From sequence record SRR31156797_3571: a stretch of 36,608 bases of DNA; one strand, given 5' to 3'. Positions 28,036 to 36,608 of this stretch are shown piece after piece. Both the position numbers and the translations under genes were made by a program. The first letter of the stretch is position 1, and each line of letters starts with the position of its first letter. The notes below the pieces were generated by a model. The model saw nothing but the letters and a program-made list of their open reading frames with translations. It did no database searches and was not told the origin of the DNA.

Positions 28036-28082
28036 ATTGGGATATCGGTTTTCCGAAAAATCGGAAATCGGTTTTACTAAGT

Positions 28083-29459
28083 TTATTTTACATACACTCT
28101 GTATTCCCAAGGTTTTAATTCCACCTCAAGTTTAGCAGCTAAATCGTGCTTGTTACCATCTTTATAGCAAGCGTAATTTCCTTCGTTAGCACCCATTTCA
28201 AGTGTTGCTTTAACAGCATTTTTGCTTAGGTTCAAAATCACTACAACTTTGTTTCCTTCAGCTTCACGAGAAAATGCAAAAATCTCTTCGTTCTTATCAG
28301 ATGGAATACGAACAAGTTTTCCGCCTTTAACACCATTCTGAAGTGCTTTATTGTTCTTTTTCAAAGCAATTAACTCTTTGTAAAAAGAAGCCAATTCCAT
28401 ATTTGACCAATCAATCTCATCCTTTTCAAAGAATTTCAAACGCTTATCCATTCCTGCTTCTTGTCCACTATAAATTAATGGCATACCTGGCATTGTGAAC
28501 GTTAAAACAGCAAAAGCTTTTCCACCTTCACCCATTCTCTCTTTAACCGTACCATTCCATGAATTCTCATCATGGTTAGTAATAAAGTTCATAATGTAAG
28601 AATCAGCAGGGTAGATTGTATCAACTTTAGCAAAGAAAGCTTCCATATCGTTAGCATTCTTTTCACCTTTTGCAACATCGTTCATAATATGGTGGAAATC
28701 CCATCCATATCCCATATCAAAGGCATTCTCTAATAGTTCATGTCCACCATCTTCAGCCAACATAAATACAGGCTTAACAGCGTCTAATTCTTTACGAGCT
28801 TTTTCCCAAAAATCAGTTGGAACCATACCGGCAACATCACAACGGAATCCATCAACATCAGCATTGGTAATCCAGAATTTTAAGGATTCTGTCATGTACT
28901 TACGCATGTCTTCATTTTCGTAATTCAAGTCAGCAGTATCAGACCAATCCGTTCCTTCAGGAATTACAATCTCTCCTTTTTCGTTCTGAGTGTACCAATC
29001 TTTGTGCTCCTCCATGATCACATTATCCCAACCAGTGTGGTTAGCCACCCAGTCCAAAATAACATACATTCCCATTTCGTGAGCCTTCTTCACCAAGTTC
29101 TGTAGATCTGCCATTGTTCCAAATTCAGGATTCACAGCCTGGTAATCCGCAACAGCGTAGTAGCTACCCATGCTTCCTTTTCTATTCTTTTCAGAAATTG
29201 GATAAACAGGCATCAACCAAAGAATATCAACACCCATCTCTTTTAAGCGAGGCATGTGCTCAACAAAAGCATTAATGGTTCCTTCAGGAGTATATTGACG
29301 AATATTAACCTCATAAATATTAGCATTTCTACTCCACTCCAAGGGCTTTTCAGCCTTATTCTCTTCAGCTACAGCTTTTGATGCTGGCTTGTTTTGGCAA
29401 CCTACCAAAATTCCAGCTAAAACCAAAAAGCTTAAAATAGTCTGATAAATTCTTTTCAT
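28083..29459 (-). CDS. GH13 alpha-amylase family lipoprotein
   Basis: Lipobox LVG-C; IYEVNIRQYT, DWVANHTG; catalytic DGFRCDVAG / MLAED / TNHDEN. Confidence 0.92.
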   Translation of the reverse strand: MKRIYQTILSFLVLAGILVGCQNKPASKAVAEENKAEKPLEWSRNANIYEVNIRQYTPEGTINAFVEHMPRLKEMGVDILWLMPVYPISEKNRKGSMGSYYAVADYQAVNPEFGTMADLQNLVKKAHEMGMYVILDWVANHTGWDNVIMEEHKDWYTQNEKGEIVIPEGTDWSDTADLNYENEDMRKYMTESLKFWITNADVDGFRCDVAGMVPTDFWEKARKELDAVKPVFMLAEDGGHELLENAFDMGYGWDFHHIMNDVAKGEKNANDMEAFFAKVDTIYPADSYIMNFITNHDENSWNGTVKERMGEGGKAFAVLTFTMPGMPLIYSGQEAGMDKRLKFFEKDEIDWSNMELASFYKELIALKKNNKALQNGVKGGKLVRIPSDKNEEIFAFSREAEGNKVVVILNLSKNAVKATLEMGANEGNYACYKDGNKHDLAAKLEVELKPWEYRVYVK

Positions 29460-29500
29460 TTCTAATAATTTAAATGATTAGTATGTATGATGTTTTATTT

Positions 29501-31153
29501 TTAGATAATCTCAAGAAGTAGAATATCAAAATCAGTGTCAATTTTTAATTTTCCACCTTTTACTTCTACTTCTTTTCCAGAGTAAGCATCACGTAGTTTT
29601 GTTCCATCTTGTATAGATTCCATCGGAATTTCTTTCATCCCTTTTTCAAGATCAAGCGCAACAAAAACTTGGTCGCTCAATTCTCCTTTTTCATAAGATC
29701 TACGGAATACATATGGTTTTTCAGAAATCATTTTGTGCATTCCTGCACCAACTGCCGGATGATCTCTTCTAAACTGTCCTAATTTTTGCCAGTGAGCCAA
29801 AACAGCTTGTGTGTGCTCGTCAGTTTCTATCTTTTCCCAGTTCATAAAAGAGCGCAAAGTTGCATCTCCAACCGTTCCTTCAATAATTAATGGACGAGCT
29901 GATTCATCTCCATAATATACCTGAGAAGTACCAGGCGAAAGCAATAGCTTATTCGCACATTCGATGCTATTTTCTCTTTTCTGATCGAATGGTGTTCCAT
30001 CATCATGCGATGTCAGATAATTTAAAATACCATATCCTTTTAAATCTCCCTGTAGAATTTCTGAATATTTGGTAAATAGCTCCTCATATGAAGATTGAGC
30101 ATCGTATTTGAACTCAAAATTGATTAAATCGGTAAAACCATTTCCATAATAGTTTACCTTCTTGTCTCCAAAATCGTAAGCAAATTTATTACTGATTCCA
30201 TATCCATAAACTTCGGCAACCGAATAAAACTCATTGTTGTCCAAAACTTTATCAGGATTATTTTTTTTCCACAATTGGAATGCATATTCACATTCTTTTC
30301 TGAAATCAGCCCAAACAGATTCTTCTGTATGCTTTACCGTATCGGCTCTGTAACCATCTATTCCAAACTGAATAATGTAATCGCACAACCATTTTATCAT
30401 GTGATATTTTGGTGTTCTTGGATATCCTGTACGAGCGAAGAATTCATCTAATTCTTTCATTTCCTGCTCATATCTTCCTTCATCCTTCCACTTTTGTGCC
30501 AAACTAACTGGTATATTAACTTCCTCTGTACTTTCCGTTTTTATATCCGGTAAGTTGCTAGTTAAGGTACATTCTATAGTAGTTTCATAAGATTGATAAG
30601 TACAAGTTGGTTCAACTCTCACCCATTCTTTTTCCCATGCAGGATCTTTTTCTGTTGCAGGACCAGTATGATTGATAACAGCATCCATCACAATTCTAAT
30701 TCCACTGGCATGAGCTACTTCAACCAATTCAGCTAAATCTTCCATACTACCAAAATTTGGATCCAAAGCAGTCCAATCTTTCGCCCAATATCCGTGAAAA
30801 CCATAAGTATTACCCGTTCCCTCATCAACTGAACCATGAATTTGTTCGGTTACAGGAGTAAACCAAATCGCATTAATTCCTAGCTTGGTAAAATAACCTT
30901 CTTTAATTTTCTGAGTGATACCTTTGATATCTCCTCCTTCGAATCCTCTTAATTTACCTGTTGGCAATTCTCGTTCGAAGTTCACATCGTTTGCTGTTGT
31001 TCCGTTATTAAAACGATCTGTCAGCAAAAAGTACAAATTAGCTCCTTCCCACACGAAAGGTTTCTTAGCTGTTTCAACTTTCTTTTCCACAGTCGAACAA
31101 GCCGAAAGTAAAAATAGTAATGCTGCAAAAATGCTGAATCCTTTAATCCTCAT
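29501..31153 (-). CDS. GH13 alpha-amylase family lipoprotein
   Basis: Lipobox LSA-C; YFLLTDRF, FHGYW, DAVINHTG; catalytic DGYRADTVKH / VAEVY / SHDD. TAATG overlap with the GH31 stop. Confidence 0.92.
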   Translation of the reverse strand: MRIKGFSIFAALLFLLSACSTVEKKVETAKKPFVWEGANLYFLLTDRFNNGTTANDVNFERELPTGKLRGFEGGDIKGITQKIKEGYFTKLGINAIWFTPVTEQIHGSVDEGTGNTYGFHGYWAKDWTALDPNFGSMEDLAELVEVAHASGIRIVMDAVINHTGPATEKDPAWEKEWVRVEPTCTYQSYETTIECTLTSNLPDIKTESTEEVNIPVSLAQKWKDEGRYEQEMKELDEFFARTGYPRTPKYHMIKWLCDYIIQFGIDGYRADTVKHTEESVWADFRKECEYAFQLWKKNNPDKVLDNNEFYSVAEVYGYGISNKFAYDFGDKKVNYYGNGFTDLINFEFKYDAQSSYEELFTKYSEILQGDLKGYGILNYLTSHDDGTPFDQKRENSIECANKLLLSPGTSQVYYGDESARPLIIEGTVGDATLRSFMNWEKIETDEHTQAVLAHWQKLGQFRRDHPAVGAGMHKMISEKPYVFRRSYEKGELSDQVFVALDLEKGMKEIPMESIQDGTKLRDAYSGKEVEVKGGKLKIDTDFDILLLEII

Positions 31154-33564
31154 TATTTCGCTAGTTTTATAGTGATTGATTGATTATTTCCTTCTTCTAA
31201 TTCTCCACTAAACTGTAAAGTTTTAGTCTCATTATTCCATTCAAAATCGATGGATTTCTTATCCAATTTAATTTGCTTGGGTTCTTTATTGATGTTGTGA
31301 ATCGTCCAATTGATCTTCTTATTGATAGACTGGTAATTTGCACCTATTTCTGTGCTTACATTCAATACAATTTTCGACTTTGAAGATTTTGACTCAAATT
31401 TCAACAATTCATATTCCCCTTTTTCGAATGCATTTGGAGTTTCTCCATTATCATTATACAATTTTCCGTTAGTTGATTCTACAGAAGGTTCATAGTAGTA
31501 ATCTACATTCATATTCGCCAATGAATAATCCGTAGTATTTCTCATTCCTTTTTTTGTAGGAATAAAAGACCCGCCACGAACAAATACCGGAATGTAATCT
31601 TCCTCTAAGGCTATTTTGTATGATTCACCACCTTTGTACTTTTTATCTGTTACAAAATCGAACCAAACCGAACCTTTTGGAAGGTATACTTCCTTCTCTT
31701 TTAATCCCGCTTCCGATACAGTAGATACCAAAAACGCATCTCCCCACAAGTAGGTATCAGAAACATGCAAAAGATCTTTATTTGACTGTTCTTCGAAAAA
31801 CAATGGTCGCATCAAAGGCAATCCTGTTTGATTGTTCTCAAATGCCATTGTGTAAATATATGGTATCAATTCATATCTTAATTCGATTGATTTTTTTGCC
31901 AATGCTTTTGTTTTTGGCTCGCGAAAAACCGGTTCTGAAGGCACTGCTTCCTGCGCATGTGGTCGAAAAATTGGTTGGAACACTCCATACTGTAACCAAC
32001 GTGTGTACAATTCATCATCCAAATTGTCTCCTGCAAAACCACCTAAATCGGAATGCATGAAAGAAATTCCCTGTAATCCCATCTGAAGAGAAATTTCAGT
32101 TTGTGGTTTTAATCCATCCCATGAGCGACTAACGTCTCCAGTCCACGGCACCATTCCATAACGTTGCGAGCCAACAGCCCCTGCTCTCATCAATATAAAT
32201 GGACGCTGATTCGGAATCTCTTTTTGATATCCTTCGTGTACCAGTTTTGCCCAATAGTGCCCGTAAATATTGTGAACTTCATCGGCACTTCCATTTACAT
32301 GTTGCAACGCAGAAGGATGAACTTCTGGCTCACCAAGATCTCCCCACCATCCGGCAACACCTTTATCGGCTAATCCTTTATAGATACTCCAAAACCAATC
32401 GACAGCCTCAGATTTAAACACATCAACCAAACCAGTATTCCCAAAGTAAAAATCATAAGTAAATGGATTGCCAAGTGAATCAGTTCCCAAGACTTTATTA
32501 TCCACAGCTTCCTGCCATCTTTTTGACGTCGTTAAAATAAATGGCTCGGTAATCAGAACTGTTTTTACACCTTTGTCATTCAAATCTGAAATCATTTTTT
32601 CCGGATTAGGAAAAGAATCACGATGAAAAGCAAGATTACCCATCTCTCCTTTCATCTCTTTACCGAACCAAAACAAATCTAAAATTATAGCATCGACTGG
32701 AATAGAATCTTTCAAAAACTGATCAATAGTCTCTACAGTTTCTTTTTGTGAATGATATCCAAAACGACTAGAAAAATTACCAAAACTCCAACGAGGAAGC
32801 ATAGGTTGCCTTCCTGTTAGATTCGTGAACTCATAGGTGAAATTTTCCCAAGTATCGGAAGCAATCACCTGATATACTTTTCTTCCACTTATGGTTTCGT
32901 ATCGTAGTGTATTTGTTTTTTTACTGTCTAAATCAAGATAACCTATTGGGGCATTATCGAAATGCACCGCATATTTTTTAGAAGAAATAACAACAGGCAT
33001 AGTATAGTTCATCAACTCAGAATGCGTTCCATAACCATAATGAGCTCTATTATACAATTGCAATCTGTTACCGCGTCGGTTCATACCCAAAACCCTGGCA
33101 CCACCACCAAACAAAACCTCGTCGTTTTCAATGCTAAAATCAATATTCTCAGTGCTATCTGTCTTAACATAACCTTCCTTTTCTGATAAGAGTTCATTCC
33201 CTTTATAAAAGTATTCGATATCGAAAGGCGATTTCATTACAACCACCACTATACCTTTTGTTTTATAAACCAACTGATTTTTCTTATCAGACAATTTTGC
33301 CAACTGATTGTTGGGCTTTAAAACTACAGCATGAGATTCTTTTACAAATTTTTCTTCATTAGGAATAAATGCAGTTTCTACTATGTTTTGATTGTAAAAT
33401 TGAATCAGATATTTCCCTTGATTGGTTTTTACCAACAAACCATTTTCTCCCACCGAATGAGATTGATAAACTCTTCGGCTGTTTTGAGCCTTTACAGTCA
33501 TCGAGCCAACTGCAAAAACTATTAAAACTGTAAGCTTTATTACAATTTGATTAATTCTAATCAT
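31153..33564 (-). CDS. GH31 alpha-glucosidase / oligosaccharide 4-alpha-glucosyltransferase-like
   Basis: Signal peptide; SSRFGYHSQ, ILDLFWFG; nucleophile motif WWGDLGEPE; acid/base WTGDV; SDLGGF and RPHAQ. Confidence 0.92.
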   Translation of the reverse strand: MIRINQIVIKLTVLIVFAVGSMTVKAQNSRRVYQSHSVGENGLLVKTNQGKYLIQFYNQNIVETAFIPNEEKFVKESHAVVLKPNNQLAKLSDKKNQLVYKTKGIVVVVMKSPFDIEYFYKGNELLSEKEGYVKTDSTENIDFSIENDEVLFGGGARVLGMNRRGNRLQLYNRAHYGYGTHSELMNYTMPVVISSKKYAVHFDNAPIGYLDLDSKKTNTLRYETISGRKVYQVIASDTWENFTYEFTNLTGRQPMLPRWSFGNFSSRFGYHSQKETVETIDQFLKDSIPVDAIILDLFWFGKEMKGEMGNLAFHRDSFPNPEKMISDLNDKGVKTVLITEPFILTTSKRWQEAVDNKVLGTDSLGNPFTYDFYFGNTGLVDVFKSEAVDWFWSIYKGLADKGVAGWWGDLGEPEVHPSALQHVNGSADEVHNIYGHYWAKLVHEGYQKEIPNQRPFILMRAGAVGSQRYGMVPWTGDVSRSWDGLKPQTEISLQMGLQGISFMHSDLGGFAGDNLDDELYTRWLQYGVFQPIFRPHAQEAVPSEPVFREPKTKALAKKSIELRYELIPYIYTMAFENNQTGLPLMRPLFFEEQSNKDLLHVSDTYLWGDAFLVSTVSEAGLKEKEVYLPKGSVWFDFVTDKKYKGGESYKIALEEDYIPVFVRGGSFIPTKKGMRNTTDYSLANMNVDYYYEPSVESTNGKLYNDNGETPNAFEKGEYELLKFESKSSKSKIVLNVSTEIGANYQSINKKINWTIHNINKEPKQIKLDKKSIDFEWNNETKTLQFSGELEEGNNQSITIKLAK

Positions 33565-33582
33565 ATTCAGAGATAAATTGTT

Positions 33583-33601
33583 CTGTGATCCAAGATCACA
33601 G
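33583..33601. other. Intra-operonic stem-loop without U-tract
   Basis: Perfect CTGTGATC-CAA-GATCACAG between GH13 and GH31. Confidence 0.55.
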
Positions 33602-33621
33602 TATGTGCTAATATTTGATGT

Positions 33622-35484
33622 TTATTTTAATTCTAATATTAAAGATGTATTTGGAGTTAAAGTGATTTCCCTTGTTGATAAATCATACTTTTTCTCGCTT
33701 AAAACATCTTCTCCAGTATTGAAATTCTTTAAACTTTCGGAAAATCGATCTAAACTTATATTCCGTGAAAGCTCACCATTATTAATCACCACCATCACCG
33801 TTTTGTTTCCGTTCGATCTAAAATAAACGTAAACATCATTTTCGGGAATGTAGTGCATCAGTTTTCCTGTATGTACAACTGGGTTGTCCTTTCTCCAATT
33901 CATTAATTTTTTCAGGAAATTGAAAGCTTCATTCTCTTTTTCGGTTCTTCCTTCTACAGTAAATGCATTTCGTTCATCTCCGTCCCAACCTCCTGGAAAA
34001 TCAATTCTCATTTTACCATCACCATCACTTTTCTTGCCTTCCATCAAGATTTCAATTCCTGAATAAATTTGTGGAATACCTCTTGTGGTCATTAAAAAGG
34101 TCATCATGAGCTTGAACTTCTGAATATCTCCCTTTAAAGTTGACATGATTCGATTGGTATCGTGATTTTCTGAGAAAATCAACAAATTTTCTTTGTCTCG
34201 ATAAAGATAATCTGAAGCCAAACTTTTGTAAAGTCTCACCATGCCATTCTCCCATTCCTGTTTCTCAAGAAAAGCTTTTTCTAAAGCGAAAAACAATTGG
34301 AAATCCATAACGCAAGGCAAATTCGAATTGTATCCATCGGCATTTAAGTTGTCCTTCTGCCAATAGGCAATATCAGCAGCAGATTTATACCATGTCTCTC
34401 CGACAATATTCAAATGAGGATACTCGTTAAGCAGAGCTTTTCCCCATTTGGACATTCCCTTAGAATCATTATAAGGATGAGTATCCATACGAATTCCATC
34501 CAAATTGGCATATTCAACCCACCAAATGCTATTTTGAATTAAGTAAGTCATCAACAATTCATTTTGCTGATTTAAGTCGGGCATGCTTTTATCAAACCAA
34601 CCATCCGAAAATTGAATTTTATCCGCTTTAGAAGCGTATGGATCTTGAAGTGTAGATTTTCGGTGATTTGAATTCATATATTCATCGTGCACATGAACCC
34701 AATCTTTTTGTGGCAAATCATTCATCCACCAATGAGCTCTTGCGCAATGATTAAAGACCATATCTTTAATCAATTTAATGCCGCGTTTTTTACATTCTTT
34801 GGACAATTGCAAATAGGCTTCATTACCACCATATCGAGCATCAATATTGTAAAAATCTGATATTGCATAGGTATGATAGGAACCTCTCTCTTCATTATCT
34901 TCAAGTAAAGGTGTATTCCATAAGGCGGTTACTCCAAAATCTTGAAGGTAATCAAGATGATTGATGATTCCTTGAATATCTCCACCGTGACGTCCATCGT
35001 AGTTTTCACGATTAGCTTTTTCTGCCAATCCTTCAACTGAATCGTTTTCGGGATTTCCGTTAGCAAACCGATCCGGCATCAACAAATAAATCACATCTGA
35101 TGAATCAAATCCTTTACGATCAGCAGAAGCCTCTTTTCTCTTTTTTAATTCGTATTGATAGACTAGTTTCTTTCCTTCTTTATTCACAAAGGTCAAATCG
35201 AAAACTCCGGGCTTAGTCTTCTTTGTAATCAACAAATCAATAAATAGATAATTATTATTCTCAACTTTCTGAATACCCTTTAACTCAACTCCTGTATATG
35301 AAAACTCAGGTTTATACTTTCCAATATTCTCACCATGAACCAATAATTGTAAATTTTGATTCTTCATTCCTGTCCACCAAAACATAGGTTCCAGTTTCTC
35401 TATTTTAGTTTCTTGTGCTAGTGCACCTACAGCTAAAAAAGAAATGAAAAGTAAGGTGAATAAAAATTGTCTAACTGAGTTCAT
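33622..35484 (-). CDS. GH13 cyclomaltodextrinase/neopullulanase (SusA-like), paralog 2
   Basis: Signal peptide; LEPMFWW..LQLLVHGENI, YLLMPDRFANG; catalytic GIRMDTHPY / VGETW / ENHD. Confidence 0.92.
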   Translation of the reverse strand: MNSVRQFLFTLLFISFLAVGALAQETKIEKLEPMFWWTGMKNQNLQLLVHGENIGKYKPEFSYTGVELKGIQKVENNNYLFIDLLITKKTKPGVFDLTFVNKEGKKLVYQYELKKRKEASADRKGFDSSDVIYLLMPDRFANGNPENDSVEGLAEKANRENYDGRHGGDIQGIINHLDYLQDFGVTALWNTPLLEDNEERGSYHTYAISDFYNIDARYGGNEAYLQLSKECKKRGIKLIKDMVFNHCARAHWWMNDLPQKDWVHVHDEYMNSNHRKSTLQDPYASKADKIQFSDGWFDKSMPDLNQQNELLMTYLIQNSIWWVEYANLDGIRMDTHPYNDSKGMSKWGKALLNEYPHLNIVGETWYKSAADIAYWQKDNLNADGYNSNLPCVMDFQLFFALEKAFLEKQEWENGMVRLYKSLASDYLYRDKENLLIFSENHDTNRIMSTLKGDIQKFKLMMTFLMTTRGIPQIYSGIEILMEGKKSDGDGKMRIDFPGGWDGDERNAFTVEGRTEKENEAFNFLKKLMNWRKDNPVVHTGKLMHYIPENDVYVYFRSNGNKTVMVVINNGELSRNISLDRFSESLKNFNTGEDVLSEKKYDLSTREITLTPNTSLILELK

Positions 35485-35504
35485 ACTTTAAAAAACTATG
35501 ATTT

Positions 35505-35540
35505 GAAAAATCAGGATAAGAGATGCTTCCCCTATCCTGA
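35505..35540 (-). terminator. Terminator-like hairpin between GH65 and GH13
   Basis: CAGGAUAGGGGA-AGCA-UCUCUUAUCCUG followed by AUUUUUC. Confidence 0.65.
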
Positions 35541-35557
35541 AATTTCATTACTAATTA

Positions 35558-36608
35558 TTAGGCATGTTCGATTACCAAACTGCTATCTTTTTCAATTTTA
35601 TATTCGTCATCCTTAATGAAAATGCTGATATTTTCACCTTCTTCGTTGATAACGCCAACACCTTCATCCGAAACGGTAACATTAATCAAGTTACCTCTGA
35701 AACGAACTTTAAAAGAATATGATTTCCATTCTTTCGGAATCAATGGGTTCAATACCAATTGACCATTCACAACGCGTAAACCACCGAATCCTTCAACAAT
35801 CGACATCCATGTTCCAGCCATACTTGTAATGTGCAGACCTTCGTGAACCTCTTTGTTGTAATCATCCAAATCGAGACGAGAAGTTCTCAAGTACAAATCG
35901 TATGCTCCTTCAATATCACCAACTTTTGATGCAAGAATAGAGTGAATACATGGTGAAAGAGATGACTCGTGCAATGTTCTAGGCTCGTAGAAATCGTAGT
36001 TCTTCTTAATTGTTTCCAAATCGTACTGATCTTCGAACAAATAAATTCCCTGCAAAACATCAGCTTGCTTGATGAAACATGAACGCAAAATTCTATCCCA
36101 TGACCAATGCTGGTTAATTGGGCGAATTGCCGGATCAAGATCAGCAGCTAAAATTTGTTCCTTATCCATATATCCTTCCTGTTGCAAGAAAACACCTGTT
36201 TCCTCATCAACCGGGTAGAACATATTTTCAATAATATCATTCCACTTTGCAGTCTCTGTTGCAAAATCGAAATTCAAATTGCTCATTATCTCATTAAAAC
36301 GAGTAGCATCTGAATCTTTAACAATTTGCATTGCCTCCTGTGCATATTTCATACACCAGGTTGCAATTGTACTAGTGTACCAATTGTTATTAATATTATT
36401 TTCATACTCATTAGGTCCTGTAACCCCAATCATCACATACTTTTTCTTAGCTTGAGAAAAAGAAACACGTTGACTCCAGAATCTAGAAATACCTATTAAA
36501 ACGTCCAATCCAAATTCCGCCAAGTATTTTTCATCGGCAGTATGACGAACGTAATTGTAAATGGCAAAAGCAATGGCTCCATTACGATGAATTTCTTCAA
36601 AAGTAATT
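35558..36608 (-). CDS. GH65 maltose phosphorylase family, C-terminal part (5' end outside window)
   Basis: The frame stays open to the window edge (..FEEIHRNGAIAFAIYNYVRHT..); VTGPNEYENN, IKQADV, HESSLS and GLHITSMAGTW. Confidence 0.92.
   Translation of the reverse strand, partial: ITFEEIHRNGAIAFAIYNYVRHTADEKYLAEFGLDVLIGISRFWSQRVSFSQAKKKYVMIGVTGPNEYENNINNNWYTSTIATWCMKYAQEAMQIVKDSDATRFNEIMSNLNFDFATETAKWNDIIENMFYPVDEETGVFLQQEGYMDKEQILAADLDPAIRPINQHWSWDRILRSCFIKQADVLQGIYLFEDQYDLETIKKNYDFYEPRTLHESSLSPCIHSILASKVGDIEGAYDLYLRTSRLDLDDYNKEVHEGLHITSMAGTWMSIVEGFGGLRVVNGQLVLNPLIPKEWKSYSFKVRFRGNLINVTVSDEGVGVINEEGENISIFIKDDEYKIEKDSSLVIEHA

Noticed and set aside
1122..36138. Numerous 60-130 aa antisense or alternative-frame ORFs (e.g. 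3478-3807, 7827-8219, 17803-18162, 27111-27428, 31782-32060, 35887-36138)
   Set aside because: They lie inside well-supported genes and are shadow ORFs with no motifs.
1..36608. CRISPR arrays, tRNA/rRNA, riboswitches, prophage, defence systems, reverse transcriptases and invertible promoters
   Set aside because: I saw no repeat-spacer periodicity, structured-RNA signature, recombinase or paired inverted repeats around promoters by eye. A covariance-model scan would be needed to exclude small RNAs.
208..36608. Strong minus-strand gene bias (only three plus-strand genes)
   Set aside because: Consistent with ordinary operon structure and replichore co-orientation.

Overview
AT-rich Bacteroidota chromosomal segment. 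A marine Marinifilaceae-like host is my inference from gene content, TAnnTTTG -7 promoter boxes and lipoprotein signals. There are about 30 genes, almost all on the minus strand. The left half (1-18.7 kb) is a patchwork of stand-alone accessory genes and regulator-target pairs: hypothetical lipoproteins, DUF2200, LysR plus YeiH exporter, an Ig-domain lipoprotein, VanZ, an ABC exporter plus Crp/Fnr followed by an unannotated truncated flavodoxin-fold oxidoreductase remnant, a YcaQ-type DNA glycosylase, a radical SAM protein, an SDR epimerase, a membrane AraC plus a zincin-like lipoprotein, and a lone stomatin. The right half (18.8-36.6 kb) is the distal part of a starch/maltodextrin locus: GH65 maltose phosphorylase (cut by the window edge), two paralogous SusA-like GH13 enzymes, GH31 and two GH13 lipoproteins. 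It is interrupted by a LytS/LytTR plus DUF5916 module and an acetylesterase plus GH43 pair. I found no rRNA, tRNA, CRISPR array, prophage or intact IS. The best leads are the AraC/'EExxH' lipoprotein module, candidate operators written into the 3' ends of two regulator genes, the in-frame gene remnant behind the Crp stop codon, and the DUF5916-LytS/R module inside the starch locus. Family assignments come from motif recognition only; no searches were run.
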